Virus record (IMG/VR): IMGVR_UViG_3300037462_000828
Location: 1 to 64,000 of that record
From: a virus
DNA: 64,000 bases
Strand: one strand, 5' to 3'
This document shows, in pieces, positions 29,522-38,332 of this stretch. Position 1 is the stretch's first letter; the number at the start of each line of letters is the position of its first letter. Made by a program: the position numbers and the translations under genes. Under the pieces are notes generated by a model. It worked only from the letters and a program-made list of their open reading frames with translations, made no database searches and had not been told where the DNA came from.

Positions 29522-30223
29522 TCACGGGGCCACCAAGGCGCCGCGCGCCTCGAGCTTGGCGACGAGGCCCGCTAGGTCTCCGAGCCCGTAGACGAGGCGC
29601 CCCGGCACACCGGCGGGGGTGTACGCCCGTAGGTCGCCCGGCGCGTGGCGAACGAATCGCCGGCCGACCCTTTGGATACACCCGTCGGGGAGCGTGTCGG
29701 GGTCGGGCCCGTCGCGGTCGGGCTGCCCGCCGTCGACCGAGACCGTGAGGCCGTCGGGCGTCTCGTCGACGACCGAGAGGGCGTGCGCCTGCTGTTTCGC
29801 TCGCTCTCCGATGATCACGACGTAACCGGGCCGGGGCCAAGGGGCGTCGAGGCGCGGGTCGCCGCGGCCGGCGCCGGGCACGCGGACGGGAAGGTCGACC
29901 CACGCCCCGTAGGCGCGGAGCACGCCGTGAACGAGCACCATCGCGTCGTTCCGACCGGAGTAGGGCCGGCGCAGGCGCTTGTCGTCGAGGCCCGCGTCCT
30001 CGTACTCGCGCAGTACACGCAAGGCGCACGTAAACTGTTTTTTGAACAGCGCCATCGCGACGTCGATCGGGTCGCGCGGGTAGAGTAGCGCGGCGCCGTG
30101 CTCGAGCCCCTCGCCCGATCCGTTGGGGCCGAGCCCGACCGAGGCGTCGAGCCGGGCGCGCATCGCGTCGAGGGCGCGCTGGCGCGCCGGGTCGGGGTCG
30201 GTGTAGTGGTAACTGACGGTCAT
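29522..30223 (-). CDS. CHAP/NlpC-like cysteine amidase candidate
   Basis: TCAL...PG.VVII......H...V.....G..SVDGGQ gives a Cys/His/polar triad layout. Confidence 0.5.
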   Translation of the reverse strand: MTVSYHYTDPDPARQRALDAMRARLDASVGLGPNGSGEGLEHGAALLYPRDPIDVAMALFKKQFTCALRVLREYEDAGLDDKRLRRPYSGRNDAMVLVHGVLRAYGAWVDLPVRVPGAGRGDPRLDAPWPRPGYVVIIGERAKQQAHALSVVDETPDGLTVSVDGGQPDRDGPDPDTLPDGCIQRVGRRFVRHAPGDLRAYTPAGVPGRLVYGLGDLAGLVAKLEARGALVAP

Positions 30224-30379
30224 GCCCCGCAGCGTGACCGCCGAACGAACGCCCCCCTACCGCGCGCCCTAAGAAACGCCCCCGCCGGCGGGGGAAGGTT
30301 GGGACCGATCGATCCGCCGGCGGGAGCGAGGGAGACCCTACGCGGTCCCGGCCCGCTGCGCAAGAGCTAGCGTTGGTCC

Positions 30380-31060
30380 CTAGGCCGCCGCTCGCTTCCC
30401 GCCCGGCACGAGGGCGTCGGCGAGGCCCTGCGCGGTCAGGTCGAGGGCGGCGAGCATCTCGCTCGTGCGGGCGCGCTCTTCGGCGATCCGGCGCTCGGCG
30501 CGCTCTTTTCGAGCGGTCAAGTCTTGGCGCAGGTTGTCGATAGCGGCGTGCGCGGCGCCGGCTATCGTGAAATAGGCGCCGCCGAACGTGCCGTCGCCTT
30601 CCGATCCGCGGGCGGTCACAGAGCAGAACCAGCCTCGGCGGTCGCGATCGTCGGGGTCGACGGCACGGCGGCAGAACGAAGCCTCGGCGCGAATGGCGTC
30701 GCCCCCGACGGCGAGCGCCCACGCCTCGTAGAGGCGCTCGGCCTCGGCGGCGAGGGCCTCGGTAGACCATTCGCCGTAGGGGTCGGCGGCTCGTAGCACC
30801 TCGCGACCTACGGCGTCGGCCTCCGATTCGTACACCAAGACGCCGTCGAAGTCGTCGGGCGCCACGACCCAAGCGCCGAGGGCGACGGCGTAGGCGCGGC
30901 CCTGCGGCGCCGCCGTCGAGAAGGCCTCTGCGAGCAACGGGTGGCCGTTGGCTTTTAGGTACGAATAGATCTGATACCGTTGACAGTTCGTGGCGGCTGG
31001 CAAAAGAGCCGCTAGTCCGGCCGCTAGCGCGGCTTCGTTCTCAAGAATGGTGTCGCTCAT
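30380..31060 (-). CDS. hypothetical protein
   Basis: 226 aa ORF with ATG start. Confidence 0.6.
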   Translation of the reverse strand: MSDTILENEAALAAGLAALLPAATNCQRYQIYSYLKANGHPLLAEAFSTAAPQGRAYAVALGAWVVAPDDFDGVLVYESEADAVGREVLRAADPYGEWSTEALAAEAERLYEAWALAVGGDAIRAEASFCRRAVDPDDRDRRGWFCSVTARGSEGDGTFGGAYFTIAGAAHAAIDNLRQDLTARKERAERRIAEERARTSEMLAALDLTAQGLADALVPGGKRAAA

Positions 31061-31298
31061 GACGCGGAAAAGCCCGGGGCCGCGGTTTTCCGCGGCCTTG
31101 TCCGGGCCGGGCCGCCTCTGCCGGGCGGGGCGCCGACGGGGCGCTATGGGCTCGCTGGGCCGATCGGTCTATAGTCGCTCCCGGTCGCTACCTCGGCCCG
31201 GTTGAGGCGGTCGTTACCCGCCGCGCGCATGGGTCACCTCGTAAGGGAAATGCCTTGTTGCCGGCGCGATCGTGGTCGGGCGCCGGCTCCCGACGTTC

Positions 31299-31607
31299 TT
31301 ACCAACGGCCCGGGCCGTCCGGCCGTAAGGGGCGTTTGCTAGGCCCGGCGATTTTTCGCCAGAGGGCGCGCAGGCGTCGGGCCGTTCGGCGCCAGAGCCG
31401 GCGCGCGGGCGTGTCCGGGGGCAGCGAGGCGACGAGGCGCTCGACGAGGCCCGGCGGGGGCGCGACGGGCGGTAGGTTCCGAAGCTCGTCTTGCAGACGC
31501 AGGTACGCCGCCCCGCGCTCGGGGTCGGGGTGCGGCGCGCTCGACCCCTGCTGCTGCTCAAGGAGCCACGCGACGTCGTCGCGGTCTTCGTCGCGGGGGC
31601 CGGTCAC
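31299..31607 (-). CDS. small protein resembling an anti-sigma factor N-terminal segment
   Basis: Y..L...L..LP...PPPG..ER..A.L.....RR.W pattern; no membrane or periplasmic part. Confidence 0.4.
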   Translation of the reverse strand: MTGPRDEDRDDVAWLLEQQQGSSAPHPDPERGAAYLRLQDELRNLPPVAPPPGLVERLVASLPPDTPARRLWRRTARRLRALWRKIAGPSKRPLRPDGPGRW

Positions 31608-32293
31608 GCCGCGACCCTCGCGGCGGCGTCGCGCTCGGCGCGCGCTTGCCTGCGTCCTTCGGCCGACTGCTCGCGTAGGCGGGCGGCGAGCGCCTCGCTT
31701 TCGGCGAATACCCCGAGCGATTCGGCAAGGTCGTCGGCCGCGTCGGCCGTCGCTTCGAACGCGCCGGCGAGCGCGCGCAGATCGGCCGCCTCGCCCGGCT
31801 CGGCCTTCGCCGACGCGGCCTTGAGCGCCTCGGCCGCCTCGCAGTAGCGGTCGGTACGCCGTTCGCGCAAGCGCGCGACGCCTTGGCGGGCCAGCGATTT
31901 CACCGCCCCGACCTCGCCGCCGAGCACGCCGAACATGCGGCGGCCGCAGCAGGCGTTGTCCTCGTACTCCTCGGCCTCTTGGTGCCGGAGCGCTTCGACC
32001 GCCGCCGCGTACTCTTTGCGGGCCCGAACGCGCCCCCAGCCCTGGCGGCCGCCGAGCCGAGAGCGGGCGAGCCGCTCGGCCGCGACGGCGGCCAGCGTGT
32101 CGGCGTGGCCCTCGAACTCGCACACGTGCATCTCGGCCTCGGCGTAGTCGCCGAGCAGCGCCGTGCGGGCCTCGGGGGCGAGCGGATCGCCCCGGTCGTA
32201 GAGACGGCTCGCGAGCGCCGTGGCGCGCGCAATCGCCTCGGCGAGGTCGGCGGGTCGGGCGTTCGGGTCGGCGGAAACGTTGGTCGCGGTCAT
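31604..32293 (-). CDS. helical hypothetical protein (early cassette gene)
   Basis: AAGGGG SD; follows hairpin repeat H1. Confidence 0.6.
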   Translation of the reverse strand: MTATNVSADPNARPADLAEAIARATALASRLYDRGDPLAPEARTALLGDYAEAEMHVCEFEGHADTLAAVAAERLARSRLGGRQGWGRVRARKEYAAAVEALRHQEAEEYEDNACCGRRMFGVLGGEVGAVKSLARQGVARLRERRTDRYCEAAEALKAASAKAEPGEAADLRALAGAFEATADAADDLAESLGVFAESEALAARLREQSAEGRRQARAERDAAARVAA

Positions 32294-32329
32294 TGTCCCC
32301 TTGTCTTTCTGGCGGCGTCGGCGCCGCCC

Positions 32330-32372
32330 CTCACGCGGCAAAGCCCCCGGGCGCTTGCGCACGCGGGGGCGG
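32330..32372 (-). repeat. intergenic bulged-hairpin repeat H1 (identical to H6 over 43 bp)
   Basis: CCGCCCCCGCGTGC-GCAA-GCGCCCGGGGGCTTTGCCGCGTGAG on the - strand. Confidence 0.9.
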
Positions 32373-32390
32373 CAGAGGGGCGGGCGTTCG

Positions 32391-32663
32391 TTAGGCAGTC
32401 GAAAATCGGTCGAGCTCGTAGCCGTGCGCCTTCGCGGCCAGTTCGGCGAGTGAGTAAGCTTTTTCTCGCAGGGTCGAGGTGGGCGCGTTCCGGCCGATTT
32501 CGGCGCGGAAGCACGAGTAGAGCCGGCCGCTACCGAGGTAGGTGACCTCGACGATGGCGGAGCGAGCAGAGCGACGCTCGAAGGTGGCCCACGCGAGCAA
32601 ACGAACGGGGGCCGACTTGGGAGCTACGCCGGGGGAGCGGAGGGTTTCGGGGCAGGTCGTCAT
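32391..32663 (-). CDS. small early orphan protein
   Basis: ORF exactly fills the interval between H2 and H1. Confidence 0.55.
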   Translation of the reverse strand: MTTCPETLRSPGVAPKSAPVRLLAWATFERRSARSAIVEVTYLGSGRLYSCFRAEIGRNAPTSTLREKAYSLAELAAKAHGYELDRFSTA

Positions 32664-32671
32664 GTGGGCTT

Positions 32672-32708
32672 CTAACGCCCGAAGCCCCAGGCTTGCGCTC
32701 TGGGGCGG
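32672..32708 (-). repeat. intergenic hairpin repeat H2
   Basis: GCCCCAG-A-GC-GCAA-GC-CTGGGGC-TTCGGGCGTTAG. Confidence 0.85.
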
Positions 32709-32731
32709 GGGCGGCAGGAGAGGTGGTCGAG

Positions 32732-32950
32732 TCACGTTTTGAACGTGATTGCGCGCATTGAGCCGATCCGTTGGCTGCTTCCCCGCCGCACGACGCCACG
32801 CACAGGGAAGCGCACCATGACCTCGGCGCCAGGCTCGAGCCCAAGGAGCCGAGCGTAGTTTTGCGCCGCTTCCTTCGCTTTTTCAGCGGGCGAACGAACC
32901 CAATAGCCGACCCGCGAAACGAGCACTTCAAACGAACGTAGTTGCGCCAT
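32732..32950 (-). CDS. small early orphan protein
   Basis: GGAGG SD; lies between H3 and H2. Confidence 0.6.
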   Translation of the reverse strand: MAQLRSFEVLVSRVGYWVRSPAEKAKEAAQNYARLLGLEPGAEVMVRFPVRGVVRRGSSQRIGSMRAITFKT

Positions 32951-32984
32951 CGTCTCACCCTCCGCTGCGCCCTCGGCGCCGCCT

Positions 32985-33032
32985 CTCACGCGCCGAAGCC
33001 CCAGGCCCGGGGGAGGGCTCTGGGGCTCGGCG
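32985..33032 (-). repeat. intergenic hairpin repeat H3
   Basis: CGCCGAGCCCCAG-A-GCCC-loop-GGGC-CTGGGGCTTCGGCG-CGTGAG. Confidence 0.8.
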
Positions 33033-33045
33033 GATAGCGGGGCGC

Positions 33046-33351
33046 TCAGACGGCGGAGCACTCCCACGCGCCGTAGTAATACGACCCGCTCTCGACGCCG
33101 CGGCGCGAGACGGGGCCGCCGTCGGGAACGAACACGAGCCGGTCGGCCCGCTCTTCGGCGGGGATTTTCGACACTTGGTAGACGTCCAGCCGACGTAGCT
33201 CGATGGTCGACGACGCGTGCAGCGCCAGTGCGGCCGCGTCGAAGGCGGCCTTGCCGAGGCCGGAGGCGGCGCGAATGGCCTTGACTTGGGTCGTCTCGGT
33301 GACCGAGGAGCGGACGGAGCGCAGGGCAGAGAGGACGGCGGCGGTGTTCAT
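33046..33351 (-). CDS. small early protein, first gene after promoter PA
   Basis: ATG 33351 with GAGG; possible winged-helix pattern (IRAASGL.K..FD.A...L). Confidence 0.6.
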   Translation of the reverse strand: MNTAAVLSALRSVRSSVTETTQVKAIRAASGLGKAAFDAAALALHASSTIELRRLDVYQVSKIPAEERADRLVFVPDGGPVSRRGVESGSYYYGAWECSAV

Positions 33352-33371
33352 GGGGCCTCGGTAGTTCTCGC

Positions 33372-33428
33372 CGGCGGTCTCGCCCGCCGACAACTAGAAC
33401 ATACGTCCGAGTGGCGGACTTGTAAAGG
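33372..33428 (-). promoter_or_regulatory. early promoter PA (TTTACA-N17-TATGTT) with operator-like palindrome and 5' stem-loop
   Basis: Member of a six-copy repeat family. Confidence 0.85.
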
Positions 33429-33803
33429 TCAAATCGACATCGGCTCGACCGTCCAGGCGCCCGACGAGTCGGGGGAGGCCTCGGCCGGGTCGGGCGCGGC
33501 GGGCCAGTAGCAGAGGGCGTGGCCGGCGAGGCAGACGGTCGCGGTCGCGCCGGCGCGGGCGAGGGCCCGGGCGGCCGCCATCGCGGCGCCCTCGTCGCCG
33601 CCGGAGGGCTCGACGCGGGGGCGGCCCCCGGGACCGCAAAGCCGAACGGTGTAGGCCGGCGCGGGGGCCGGCGCGGGGCGCCCGAGGCGGCGGGCGAGTC
33701 GTCGTACGAGTGCGAGCATGGTCCCTAGTTCTTCCCGAGCCCGCCCCCTCCCCCGGCGGGCCCTTCCTGCGGTTGCTATACTACGCCCCCCCCCGGGAGC
33801 GCT

Positions 33804-34244
33804 TCAGTCGGCCCAGGCCCGGGCGCCCCACCCCCGGGCGCGCGCGGCCCGCACGAGGGCGGGGATCATCTGCGACCGGGGCGTTACCTTCGGGCCGCGC
33901 TTGCGGTACTGCGGCGATCGCTCTTGCGGGTGCTCGCGGCAGAGCCGCGAGAGCGCGGCGCCGTCGGCGGCGGTCAGCCGGTAGTCGAGCCGCGCGACGT
34001 CGCCGGCCGGGCGGTCGACGGGGTCGAGGGGCCAGCGCTCGGCGGCGGCCGACCGGACGAGCAGCCCGAGCAGGAACGATTCGCTCGCGCCGAGGGCGGC
34101 CGCGAGTTCGGCGAGGCGCCGGCGGTCGCCCGCCTCGAGTTCGCAGGTCGAGTGCGTCTTCGTGCCCTCGCTCGCCGGGGCGCGCGCGCGGCCCCGGCCG
34201 CCGGCTCTCGAGAGGGTTTTCGGGTCGCTTCGGTCGTCGGTCAT
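33804..34244 (-). CDS. tandem ribbon-helix-helix DNA-binding protein (candidate repressor)
   Basis: Two strand-helix-helix units (STCEL..DRRRLAELAAALG.SES.LL; LDYRLT..D...L..L....SQMI..LV). Confidence 0.6.
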   Translation of the reverse strand: MTDDRSDPKTLSRAGGRGRARAPASEGTKTHSTCELEAGDRRRLAELAAALGASESFLLGLLVRSAAAERWPLDPVDRPAGDVARLDYRLTAADGAALSRLCREHPQERSPQYRKRGPKVTPRSQMIPALVRAARARGWGARAWAD

Positions 34245-34274
34245 GATCGGGGGCGGGCCTCCTGCCCGTCGGTC

Positions 34275-34302
34275 AACCTACGCCCCTATGGCGTAGGGTC
34301 AA
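34275..34302 (-). promoter_or_regulatory. promoter PF (TTGACC-N16-TAGGTT) overlapping the perfect palindrome CCTACGCC-N5-GGCGTAGG
   Basis: Read directly; immediately upstream of the RHH gene. Confidence 0.75.
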
Positions 34303-34312
34303 GGCCCCGCCC

Positions 34313-34522
34313 CTAGCGACCGCGGCCGGGCCCGAGCACGAGCGGCATCCGGGCGGCCGCCTCGCGGCGGGCGGCGTTGGCGGCGCGTCGTGCGGCGTCG
34401 GCGCGGCGCGAGGCCTCGAGGCTGCGCATCGCGACGCGGATCGCCTCGGCGCCGAGGTCGAGCTTGGCGAGGGTCGGGGAAGGGGCGGGGAACATGCTGC
34501 TAACGGCGGTACGGGTCGACAT
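34313..34522 (-). CDS. small hypothetical protein
   Basis: ACCCCATG start context shared with other early genes. Confidence 0.5.
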   Translation of the reverse strand: MSTRTAVSSMFPAPSPTLAKLDLGAEAIRVAMRSLEASRRADAARRAANAARREAAARMPLVLGPGRGR

Positions 34523-35102
34523 GGGGTTCGTTGGTCTCAAACCTAACGAACGGCCCGGGCCGCCCGGGCCCGTAGGGGCTAATCGACGAGGGCCGGCGGC
34601 GCCGGGTCGGCCGGGGGCGGCTCGTCGCGGGGGCAACGCCCGGCGCATTGGCCAAAAACGAGCGGGCTGCCCCCGCTCGCGATCCACCGAAGCGGCCCCG
34701 GGTCGCTCTGCCCCCAATGGCTCGGCGGCTTGAGCAGGCACCGGGCGGCGGGCGAGACCAGTTCGAGCCGAAGCCGGTTGCGCGAGCGGCGCACGCCGTC
34801 GAGGCCTTCGGGGTCGGCCGGCTGTACGCGGCTAGGGCACGCGGCGCGGTCGGTCGGGGGCGGCTCGCCCTCGAGAACCTCGCACGCGGCGATCGCGGCG
34901 ATCGCGGCGTCGGGGCCGACGAGGGCGACGAAAAGCTGCGCCGCGCCGAACGCGTCGGCGCCCTCCTCGAGGGTCTCGCCCGAAGGAACGTCGCGCCAGT
35001 CGATGACCGAACCGCGCCCGGCCGTCACGCGCGGGCCGTGAAGCACGGCGCCGGCGAGCAGGTGCCGCGCCGCGCGCCGAACGGCCGCGAAGGTCTCGGC
35101 GC

Positions 35103-35507
35103 TCACGTCGCCGACTCCGAGCGGAGCGTCGGAGGGCAGGGTTCGGACGGGCGCCCCTCGGGGGGCGGCGCGCGCCAGCCGTCGCAAGGGGCGCCGTCCT
35201 CGTAGCGGGCGAGCACGCGCCCCGTGCGACGGTCGAACGCCTCGACGACGCCCGAGCGGTCGAGGCTCTCGGCGAACGCGTCGACGACGACCTCGGCGCG
35301 GCCCTCGTCGGTGCCGGGCCAGCCCCCGTCGAGTTCGACCTTGTAGTCGGTCCCCGCGTCGCCCCCGGTCGTCTCGGTCACGCGCAGGCCGTAGCGCGGA
35401 AGGCGCGCGTAGAGGTCGGCCCGTAGGCTGTCCTCGCGGCTTACCTCGGCGAGGTCGGCGGCCTCGGCCGCGAGGCGCTCGCGCTCGTAGGAAACGGTGC
35501 TTGTCAT
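35103..35507 (-). CDS. early orphan protein
   Basis: AGAAAGACAAGGGGACATG start region shared with the gene starting at 32293; follows H4. Confidence 0.6.
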   Translation of the reverse strand: MTSTVSYERERLAAEAADLAEVSREDSLRADLYARLPRYGLRVTETTGGDAGTDYKVELDGGWPGTDEGRAEVVVDAFAESLDRSGVVEAFDRRTGRVLARYEDGAPCDGWRAPPPEGRPSEPCPPTLRSESAT

Positions 35508-35549
35508 GTCCCCTTGTCTTTCTCTGCGGGTCGGCTTCGGCGCCGACCC

Positions 35550-35594
35550 CTCACGCGGCAATGCCCCCGGGCGCCTTGCGGGGCGCGGGGGCGG
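35550..35594 (-). repeat. intergenic hairpin repeat H4
   Basis: GCCCCCGCGCCCC-GCAA-GGCGCCCGGGGGCATTGCCGCGTGAG. Confidence 0.85.
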
Positions 35595-35599
35595 TCAGG

Positions 35600-35917
35600 T
35601 CAGGCGGCGACGTCGCAACGGAACGCGTCGGCGCCAGAGGTCAGGTGACCGAGAACGGTGCGGCGAATCGCGTCGAACGCCTTGCCGGCCTCCGTGGGCG
35701 GGAACATGTCGGCCCCGCCGGACAGCCCGTACGTCCACCCGCCCGCGCGGTAACGCACCTGCCAGCCCTCGGCGCCGCTCTTGCGGCTGGCGGCGGCGGT
35801 GCGCGTCTGTCGGGCGCAGACGATGAGCACGAAATCGAACCGAGGCATCGCCTTGGCGGCGAGCGCCACATCCCAAACCTTCGCCGAAATCGCCGCCTGA
35901 ATCTCCGCTTTCGTCAT
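35600..35917 (-). CDS. small early protein, first gene after promoter PB
   Basis: AAGGA SD; ORF fills the PB-H4 interval. Confidence 0.65.
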   Translation of the reverse strand: MTKAEIQAAISAKVWDVALAAKAMPRFDFVLIVCARQTRTAAASRKSGAEGWQVRYRAGGWTYGLSGGADMFPPTEAGKAFDAIRRTVLGHLTSGADAFRCDVAA

Positions 35918-35941
35918 GGGGTCTGGTTCCTTTTTGCCGCC

Positions 35942-35995
35942 GGGTCTCGCCCGCCGACAACGAGAACCTACGACCTAGTGTCGTAGTTGTAAAGG
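35942..35995 (-). promoter_or_regulatory. early promoter PB (TTTACA-N17-TAGGTT) with perfect palindrome CTACGAC-N5-GTCGTAG
   Basis: Repeat family member. Confidence 0.88.
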
Positions 35996-36631
35996 CCCGT
36001 CCGGTCGATTATTGCCGAGGGCCTCGGCGGGCGAGCGCCCGAGCCACCAACCCGGCGACGTGCCGTCGGGCCGGTAGAGGGCCATGACGTCGGCGAAGAT
36101 GGGCGTAGGTACGAGCCCCCCGACGGTCTCCCAATCGCCGCGGCGGGCGGCCTCGCGCACGGCGGTCGAACTCGCGGCCGGGGGCTGAGGCAGGTGAAAA
36201 TACCGATAGCCCTTGCGCCCAACGATGATCGGCGGGGCGAGCGCGCAGAGTTCGGCCCAGTAGGCCTCGCCCCAGGTCGGCCCCCGCTCGTACGTGTCGG
36301 CGCCGACCGCGAACCGAAGGGCCCAGTCGGTGTGCTCGGCGAGCAAGTGCTTGACCGTGCGGAGCGTCAGGCTCTCGCCGCCGAGCCGGCCCTCGACGTC
36401 GCTCACCTCGGCGCGGGGCACCCAAGCGAAGGCCTTGCGGGCCATCGCGAGGCGGGCCTCGAAGGGGGCGAGGCTCTTGCCGGCCTGCTGGTAGCACGGC
36501 ACGACGAGCACGCGGTCGACCTCGCCCGAGAGGGCGATGCTCGCGGCGGCGACGACGTGCCCGACGTGGGTCGGGTCGAGTGAGCCGCCGTAGAGGGCGA
36601 CGCGCGTCGGGCGGGGAGAGGGGGGCGTCAT
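35975..36631 (-). CDS. nadD: nicotinate/nicotinamide mononucleotide adenylyltransferase (NadD-like)
   Basis: LYGGSLDPTHVGH (HxGH), T.RT..L, VGAD and SSTAVR motifs in NadD order. Confidence 0.85.
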   Translation of the reverse strand: MTPPSPRPTRVALYGGSLDPTHVGHVVAAASIALSGEVDRVLVVPCYQQAGKSLAPFEARLAMARKAFAWVPRAEVSDVEGRLGGESLTLRTVKHLLAEHTDWALRFAVGADTYERGPTWGEAYWAELCALAPPIIVGRKGYRYFHLPQPPAASSTAVREAARRGDWETVGGLVPTPIFADVMALYRPDGTSPGWWLGRSPAEALGNNRPDGPLQLRH

Positions 36632-37004
36632 GGCCGGAGCCTGGCGCGCCGCCGGGGCGGGCCGCGCGCCGGGGGCCGCTACCGCGCGGCGCCGAGGCAC
36701 CACGCGACGAGCCGGTCGTGCTCCTCGGCGGCGGGCCCCTCGATCGAGACCGTACGCGCGAGCGCGTCGGCGGCCGCCCCCGGGGGCGCGCCGTCTCCGC
36801 CGCCGAAGCGCTTGGTCGACGGCGGCTCGTCCTCGCCCCCGGCCGGCGGGGGGTCGGAGCGGGGCGCCGCCGGGAAGGCCTGGCGGTAGGGCCCCGGCGG
36901 GGGGTCGGAGCGGGGCGCCGCAGGCCGAGGCCGGGCCCGCGGTGGCTTGGCGGCGCCGAGGCCGCACAGGGCCGCGAGGGCGGCGAGGGGCGAACGGCGC
37001 ACGG

Positions 37005-37643
37005 CTACGCCCCCTCGGCCGGCGCGGGCGGCAGGTTGCAGATGACGACGTAGGCCCGAACGGGGTGCTTGGTCTTGAGGTTTCGAAACCCAATCATCGC
37101 GCGCCGGAAAACGTCGCGGTCGACCGAAACGTCGACGCGCCAGCCGGCGGCGTCGTCGCTTTGAAAGACGAGCCGCGCGCGCCGGCGCCACGAAGCGCCA
37201 TGGCACGCGCCGAAGTCGTAGTCGGGCTCGCGCGCCTCGACGAGCGTAAAGGGTTCGGCCGCATCGCCTCGTTCGCCCGCAACGCTTGCGAACCGCGCGA
37301 GGGCCCCGGCGAGCGCCCCCGACTGCTCGGCCGACGATAGGGCGGTGGCGGCAAGCGCGAGCGGCCGCGCGTCCTCGGCCTCGCGGCACCGGGCCTCGAA
37401 ATAGGAGGCCTTGGTCGCGAGCAGCCAGACGAGCACGCGGTCGCCGACGCCCGCGGCCGTATCGGTCGGCTCGACGGCGAAGCGCTCGACGTGGTCGGGC
37501 CACCAGCGGGGGCACGCGACGCGGAGCGCCCAATGGTCGACCGGGTCGCGCTCGACGGTAAAATCTGCGGCCCGCACGTCGGTGCGCGTCGGCCGGGCGG
37601 AAAGCACGCGGTCGACGACGAGGTCGGCGAAGGTCTTGGCCAT
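37005..37643 (-). CDS. hypothetical protein
   Basis: ATG coupled to the upstream stop codon. Confidence 0.55.
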   Translation of the reverse strand: MAKTFADLVVDRVLSARPTRTDVRAADFTVERDPVDHWALRVACPRWWPDHVERFAVEPTDTAAGVGDRVLVWLLATKASYFEARCREAEDARPLALAATALSSAEQSGALAGALARFASVAGERGDAAEPFTLVEAREPDYDFGACHGASWRRRARLVFQSDDAAGWRVDVSVDRDVFRRAMIGFRNLKTKHPVRAYVVICNLPPAPAEGA

Positions 37644-38332
37644 CAGCCGACCCCGAGAAGCGCGATCGACGCGCCGTAGCGGCGCACGGCCTCGGAGCAA
37701 CCGTCGCGGTCGTCGGCGATGCGCGCGCGGAGCACGCGGCGCAGGCCCTCGAGGTCGGCGGCGAGCCCGATCGGGCGGTTGTCGACGCAGAATACCTCGC
37801 GCTCGGCGCCAGACAAAAACGTCGCGCCGATCGACGAAGGCCGGACGAAAAAGCCGACCGTCGGGCCGTCGCGCTCGATGCTTAGGGCGAGGTCGGGACG
37901 CTTGGCGAGCCCGGGGGCGAAGGCGAGTTTTGCCGCCTCGAGAAGGCGGCCGGTCTTGTACGGGTCGAGGGGGGCCTGGTCGTCGGTCATGGTTGGTTTC
38001 TCCGCCGAGGGGTACGGCCCGCCTCGGCCGGCGCGTAAGGGCTTTTTCGGGAAGGGCAGCGGAATCGTTCGGGCGGCGGGGTCGCCGGGCGGGGCGCCCT
38101 CGGCCATCGCGTCGAGCGCGTCGGCGAGGGCGTCGTCCTCGGTGTCGAAGAGGTCGGGCCGCCCGCGCCCCGTCGGCAAACTGCGGGCGTGGGCGCCGAC
38201 GAGAAGCTGCCCGAGGCGCAGCGCGGGACAGGCGAGCCACGCGGCGAGCAGGGCCTCGACGACGAGGCGCTTTTGCGCGGGCTCGGCGGCGCGCCCCGGG
38301 GGCGGCCCGGGGAAGTGGCGCGGCGGGCTCAT
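37643..38332 (-). CDS. hypothetical protein (possibly two in-frame genes; second start at ATG 37990)
   Basis: AW..CP.LRLGQL motif in the N-terminal half; GGAG SD before the internal ATG. Confidence 0.5.
   Translation of the reverse strand: MSPPRHFPGPPPGRAAEPAQKRLVVEALLAAWLACPALRLGQLLVGAHARSLPTGRGRPDLFDTEDDALADALDAMAEGAPPGDPAARTIPLPFPKKPLRAGRGGPYPSAEKPTMTDDQAPLDPYKTGRLLEAAKLAFAPGLAKRPDLALSIERDGPTVGFFVRPSSIGATFLSGAEREVFCVDNRPIGLAADLEGLRRVLRARIADDRDGCSEAVRRYGASIALLGVG

Noticed and set aside
36843-36921. 28-bp direct repeat x2 with a 23-bp spacer (mini-CRISPR-like)
   Set aside because: The period is 51 nt (17 codons) and it encodes AAPRSDPPP twice in frame on the - strand. There are only two copies, no leader and no cas genes, so it is a coding duplication.
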